A DNA stretch of 64,000 bases from positions 32,001 through 96,000 of the forward strand of contig JBFWLW010000001.1 in the NCBI GenBank assembly GCA_050251945.1, written 5' to 3'. The translations under genes and the position numbers were made by a program. Numbering within the stretch: the stretch's first letter is position 1; each line of letters begins with the position of its first letter. This document shows positions 59,826-64,000 of this stretch, piece by piece. The notes beneath the pieces were generated by a model. The model was not told the origin of the DNA. It was given only the letters and a program-made list of their open reading frames with translations, and did not search any database. This stretch comes from Deferribacterales bacterium (GTDB lineage: Bacteria > Chrysiogenota > Deferribacteres > Deferribacterales > Geovibrionaceae).

Positions 59826-60263
59826 TTATTCTGTTTCAACTTTAATAACTTTGGGCTGAATCTCTGTTCTCTTTTGCAGAGTTATCTTCAAAAGCCCGTC
59901 TTTCAGGGAAGCTTTGACGCTGTTTACGTCAACAGTATTGGGTATCGCGAACGAACGGTTGAATTTTCCATAGGCGCGCTCAAGCCTGTAGTAGTTGTCG
60001 CTGTCGCCGTCCACAGGGCATTTTTTTTCACCCTTAAGGATAAGTACGCCGTCTGCCATCTGGATATCGAGTTCTTCCTCGTTAACTCCGGGCAGCTCCG
60101 CAACAATGACTATCTCCGTATCCGTTTCGTAAATGTCCACAGAGGGAAGCCAGTCGCCATAGCTTCCGTGGGCTGTTTTGCTCAGAGTTTCGTCAAAGAT
60201 CTTGTTCATTCTGTCGTGCATTGTCATAAGGTCTTTCAGCGGATCCCATCTTACGATCGCCAT
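59826..60263 (-). CDS. Small heat-shock protein Hsp20
   Basis: [34 protein letters not shown]. Confidence 0.95.
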   Translation of the reverse strand: MAIVRWDPLKDLMTMHDRMNKIFDETLSKTAHGSYGDWLPSVDIYETDTEIVIVAELPGVNEEELDIQMADGVLILKGEKKCPVDGDSDNYYRLERAYGKFNRSFAIPNTVDVNSVKASLKDGLLKITLQKRTEIQPKVIKVETE

Positions 60264-60304
60264 AGTTTTCGCCTCCTTTTATAGAGTAATTTGATTATGA
60301 AGCT

Positions 60305-60334
60305 ATAATAAGACTTGAGTGCGTACGTGTCAAG
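60305..60334 (-). promoter_or_regulatory. HAIR operator overlapping the sigma70 promoter of the heat-shock operon
   Basis: CTTGAGT-N7-TGTCAAG (60314-60334) versus HAIR CTTGAGT-N7-ACTCAAG; minus-strand TTGACA-N17-TATTAT. Confidence 0.85.
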
Positions 60335-60418
60335 TTTTTTTATTCAATGCTCCTGATAGAACTTTTTGCCATTGAAACCATCTTGTAATAAAATTAATCT
60401 GAGAGTATCTTAATTCTG

Positions 60419-61282
60419 ATGCGTAACATATTCTGGGTATTTCTGTTATTGTCGCTCCTTCTGCACCTTTTCGGACTTGGCATATTTCATTTGCCCAAGG
60501 AGGATAAGGAACGTGAAAAACCTATTGATATTCAGATAGTTCCGAAAGAAAAACAGGAAAAACCCAAACAAACTGTTCCCCCGCTGCCCAAAAAATATAT
60601 TCCTCCGACGCCCCTTGACGATGATAAAGATACAAAGCTGGAACAGGATAAGCCTGTGCCGCCGAAACAGCAGAGAAAAGAACCTGTTAAAGACGGTCAG
60701 GATGTTAAAAAATCCCCTGAAAAGACTCCGTTGCCGCAATCTGCGCCAAAAACACAGCAGCGTCAGGCACCTCCCGGCGCGATACCTCCGAAAAGCGACG
60801 CTGACGTGCCGAGAGTTTCACCGGATACGCCAAAGACATTGCCGGACACATCCAAAAGGGATGCCGACCGCAAGCGTATTGATGATATTATGAACCCGAG
60901 AGAGACCATAGAAAAATTCGCCAACGGCGGAGCGAAGGTTACAGGCGAGGACTCCGTGTCCATGCAGTATGTTAAGTTCCGCTATCAGTCGTATTTTTAT
61001 AAATTTGCCTCCAGACTTTACAGGGTCTGGACGTATCCGCCTAATTCTGCCATACGCGGCGAGCAGGGCGTTGTTCAGGCATCTTTCATAGTTTCGAGGG
61101 ACGGAAAAATATCGAGTATCCGCATACTTCGTTCCAGCGGGTATCCCGACCTTGACAACGAAGTTATAACGGCGCTCAGAAAGATGGCGGGGGTTCCGCT
61201 GCCTGATTCGTATGAGCTTGATAACCTGAAAGTTGACGCATACTTCCAGTATATTATAGGCGGCGGATTTCAGGTGTACTGA
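60419..61282 (+). CDS. TonB/TolA family energy transducer
   Basis: SLLLH TM anchor, Pro/Lys-rich linker, W.YP..A..GEQG.V...F....DG....SSG..DLD C-terminal domain. Confidence 0.85.
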   Translation: MRNIFWVFLLLSLLLHLFGLGIFHLPKEDKEREKPIDIQIVPKEKQEKPKQTVPPLPKKYIPPTPLDDDKDTKLEQDKPVPPKQQRKEPVKDGQDVKKSPEKTPLPQSAPKTQQRQAPPGAIPPKSDADVPRVSPDTPKTLPDTSKRDADRKRIDDIMNPRETIEKFANGGAKVTGEDSVSMQYVKFRYQSYFYKFASRLYRVWTYPPNSAIRGEQGVVQASFIVSRDGKISSIRILRSSGYPDLDNEVITALRKMAGVPLPDSYELDNLKVDAYFQYIIGGGFQVY

Positions 61283-61289
61283 TAAGCAA

Positions 61290-61511
61290 CGAAATAATGA
61301 CGTCCTGTCATTATTTCGCTAACGCTCCAGTCGGCAAAGCCTCCTGTCGCTCACGCAAGCGGGTTTCATCCTGAAACCTCAGACTGATGACAAAGTTAGT
61401 AAAATGTGAGATCGCGTCGTCGCTAGTGCTCCTCGCGAAGACGGTTTTTCGTCTCTGCGAGGAATGAAACGACGAAGCAGTCTAATTGGGTTTCATCATG
61501 AAACTTCAGAC
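61290..61511. repeat. Intergenic repeat cluster: family B (61290-61353), family A (61408-61484), 24-bp direct repeats (61361-61384, 61488-61511)
   Basis: Direct comparison with the 3546-3914 copies; GGGTTTCATCCTGAAACCTCAGAC versus GGGTTTCATCATGAAACTTCAGAC. Confidence 0.85.
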
Positions 61512-61645
61512 GTCGTCGCAGGGTGCAAAATAAACTGTATAATGTCAGGAAATAATCAATTAACTTATCTTGCTTGACATCTCTCTATCGGGTATATTAA
61601 TTTTAAGCTTCCGCGCACAGGAACGCCAATTTGGAGTATTACTGC

Positions 61646-63052
61646 ATGGCATCAAAAAAAGTCAAAAACTTCATCATCGACACCAATGTTATCCTTTACT
61701 CTCCCAACTGTTTAGAAACTTTCGACAACAACAACATCATCCTTCCCGCGGTGGTTTTGGAGGAAGTTGACTCCTTTAAGAAGAATCTCGACCTCAACGG
61801 CTACAATGCCAGAAGCTTCATCCGCATCGTGGAAAAATACCGCGAAGAGAAAGAGGGCGATCTTCTGAAAGGTATTAAACTTGATTCGGGCGGCAAATTT
61901 ACAATCCGCTTTCAGGACGAAAAGACGAGAAGTCTTATTCCTGCCGGATTCGATATCAGCAAGAACGATAATATCATCCTTGCCACAGCTCTGCAGGTTA
62001 AGCAGGAATCAAAACTGGAAACCATCATCGTTTCAAAGGACGTCAACCTGCGCATCAAAGCCAACGCCGTGGGGCTTGACGCAGAAGACTACTACCATGA
62101 AAAGACCACATCGTTCATAGATCAGACGGACGACACCCTGTTCGTTCCCGACGAGTATATAAACACCCTGTATCAGGAGAAGGAACTTCCCGTTCCCGAA
62201 GGCGTACGCAGACAGGACAGTGAAAAATTCTTACCCCGCGTAAATGAATATTTCATACTCAAAGGCGAAATCAGCCCGCAGAAGAGCGCGCTTGTCAGAT
62301 ATATCGGCAACGGAAACCCTATGGACGGTGCTTTCAGACTTCTGCACCAGAACGAACCCATACTTGGGGTTACGCCGGCCAACAGAAAACAGATATATCT
62401 GATGGATTCGCTCCTTGATCCCGATATCGACGTTGTTTTCGCTATCGGTATCGCAGGAACGGGAAAAACGCTCCTTGCGCTCTGCGCAGGGCTTCATTCC
62501 GTTCTGAACGACAAATATAAAAGACTGGTAGTCACCCGCTCGCCCATCCCTATGGGAAGAGACCTCGGCTATCTTCCCGGTAATATAAACGAAAAACTTG
62601 ACCCGTGGCTTAAGCCCATCTATGACAACATGGAGTTCATCGTTTATATGATGGACAAGGGCAGGATAGAAATTAAAGACGAATATCTTTCCAAAAACCA
62701 GATGCACGAGGCTACGATCGACTATCTGAAAGCATCAAAAATGCTTGAGATAGAGGCGCTGACATATATCAGAGGTCGTACTCTGATGGATACCTATCTC
62801 GTTGTTGACGAAGCGCAGAACCTTAGCCCCCACGAGATAAAAACCATCATAACAAGGGCTGGTGTGAATTCAAAAATGGTCTTCACCGGCGACCTTAAAC
62901 AGATAGACAACCCGTATCTCAACGAAAGGGACAACGGACTTGTGAATGCATCGGAAAAATTCGCCTATGCCAGATTTAAGCATGCGTCCACAATATATCT
63001 TGATAAGGGCGAGAGAAGCCGACTTGCCACCATTGCTGCCGAGATACTGTAA
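61646..63052 (+). CDS. PIN-PhoH family protein (PhoH2/YlaK-like)
   Basis: IDTNV, NDN.IL, SKDVNLRIKA (PIN); GIAGTGKT, GYLPG, YIRGRT, DEAQN, GD..QID (PhoH). Confidence 0.94.
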   Translation: MASKKVKNFIIDTNVILYSPNCLETFDNNNIILPAVVLEEVDSFKKNLDLNGYNARSFIRIVEKYREEKEGDLLKGIKLDSGGKFTIRFQDEKTRSLIPAGFDISKNDNIILATALQVKQESKLETIIVSKDVNLRIKANAVGLDAEDYYHEKTTSFIDQTDDTLFVPDEYINTLYQEKELPVPEGVRRQDSEKFLPRVNEYFILKGEISPQKSALVRYIGNGNPMDGAFRLLHQNEPILGVTPANRKQIYLMDSLLDPDIDVVFAIGIAGTGKTLLALCAGLHSVLNDKYKRLVVTRSPIPMGRDLGYLPGNINEKLDPWLKPIYDNMEFIVYMMDKGRIEIKDEYLSKNQMHEATIDYLKASKMLEIEALTYIRGRTLMDTYLVVDEAQNLSPHEIKTIITRAGVNSKMVFTGDLKQIDNPYLNERDNGLVNASEKFAYARFKHASTIYLDKGERSRLATIAAEIL

Positions 63053-63172
63053 AAGGCACATCAGTACATGTTGCCAGAATCTCCCGCATGTGATAAAACT
63101 ATGTAATTGCGGGTGTTACGGATGATCGTATCCGTGGGTTTTGGAAGAACGGTTTAATTAACGGAGTCGGAA

Positions 63173-63469
63173 ATGGAAATAAAGGTTATCGACAACCACA
63201 CGGTTGAAATTCTCGGGAATATCAAGTCACTGGACCACTACAATGAGATTAAGATGACAATTCAGCAGCTCATCAGTAATGGAACAAAGAATCTTACTGT
63301 TAATGTTAAAGATTCTCTTTCTATGGTCTCTTCCGTTATCGGTTTTTTTATTAAAATTATAAACGTGGACGGCGTTTCTCTTAATGTGAACGTATGGGAC
63401 GAAAGGCTTTATGCTCTGCTCGACCAGCTCAGCCTTATTGAGCTTTTCCACGTCAGACAAATTAAATAA
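63173..63469 (+). CDS. Small STAS-like hypothetical protein
   Basis: 98 aa, GGAG RBS, SMVSSVIG..L and LYALLDQLSL patterns reminiscent of STAS. Confidence 0.6.
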   Translation: MEIKVIDNHTVEILGNIKSLDHYNEIKMTIQQLISNGTKNLTVNVKDSLSMVSSVIGFFIKIINVDGVSLNVNVWDERLYALLDQLSLIELFHVRQIK

Positions 63470-63473
63470 TCCC

Positions 63474-63504
63474 AAAGGGGAGGGTGACCTCCCCTTTTCT
63501 TTTT
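63474..63504 (+). terminator. Intrinsic terminator
   Basis: AAAGGGGAGG-GTGA-CCTCCCCTTT plus T tract. Confidence 0.85.
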
Positions 63505-63532
63505 CATTTCTTCAATTTTATCAGAGGTAAAA

Positions 63533-64000
63533 GTGTTAAGTGTTGAGAATTTGTCCAAAGGCTATGGTCCGAGGACGCTATTTAAAGATATCAGTTTCAG
63601 AGTAAATTCAGGAGAACGCGTCGGGCTTGTGGGGCGCAACGGACATGGCAAGACCACGCTGATGCGCATACTTACGGGCGAACAGGAACAGGACGACGGT
63701 ACCATTAGTGTGCCGAGGAACTATACGCTCGGTTATCTTAAACAGGTAATAGACTTTAAACATAAAACCGCGCGGGACGAGGCGGCTTCGGGACTTAAAG
63801 AGGCGGAGCGCGACGACGTGTGGAAGGCGGATAAGATACTTTCCGGTCTGGGCTTTTCCGACGATGATATGGAAAAATCCCCCAATGAGTTTTCAGGCGA
63901 TTATCAGGTGCGTTTGAATCTTGCTAAACTCCTTCTGTCTGAACCTGATATGCTCCTTCTGGACGAACCGACCAACTACCTGGACATTACGTCTATACGC
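63533..64000 (+). CDS. ABC-F family ATP-binding protein (3'-truncated by window; absent from the ORF track)
   Basis: My translation from GTG 63533: MLSVENLSKGYG..GLVGRNGHGKTT..LGYLKQ..FSGDYQVRL..LLLDEPTNYLD. Confidence 0.92.
   Translation, partial: MLSVENLSKGYGPRTLFKDISFRVNSGERVGLVGRNGHGKTTLMRILTGEQEQDDGTISVPRNYTLGYLKQVIDFKHKTARDEAASGLKEAERDDVWKADKILSGLGFSDDDMEKSPNEFSGDYQVRLNLAKLLLSEPDMLLLDEPTNYLDITSIR

Noticed and set aside
61646..63052. PIN-PhoH as a toxin-antitoxin system
   Set aside because: No upstream antitoxin ORF is evident; this fusion is a widespread chromosomal gene

Overview
A roughly 45%-GC (estimated by eye) bacterial core-chromosome window. Gene content and order suggest an anaerobic diderm, probably Deferribacterota such as Seleniivibrio/Denitrovibrio/Geovibrio (inference, not checked). 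Housekeeping blocks: xseA-greA; dnaG-rpoD-tRNA(CAU)-nif3-Zn ribbon-rnhA; a tightly coupled minus-strand operon trm112-nnr-tsaE-..-valS-nadC-redoxin-trxB-rsmI; asd, HU, bioB; modA-modB-modD; a heat-shock operon hsp20-dnaJ-hspR-clpB with a HAIR operator, followed by an alternative sigma-70 factor; tonB, PIN-PhoH and a partial ABC-F gene. There is also a c-di-GMP/two-component cluster. I see no CRISPR array, prophage, transposase or complete defence system. Most notable observations: (1) a ModE-type palindrome occurs twice before modA and again before an uncharacterised 544-aa membrane + NTPase fusion gene, a candidate single-gene Mo/W-regulated ECF-like transporter; (2) two co-occurring families of non-coding palindromic REP/REPIN-like repeats at three intergenic sites; (3) a two-domain MVL-type mannan-binding lectin; (4) an AT-rich islet at the 3' end of tRNA-Arg(CCG) with arm-type-like direct repeats; (5) a candidate structured small RNA at about 36.55 kb. 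All calls come from motif recognition, without database searches.
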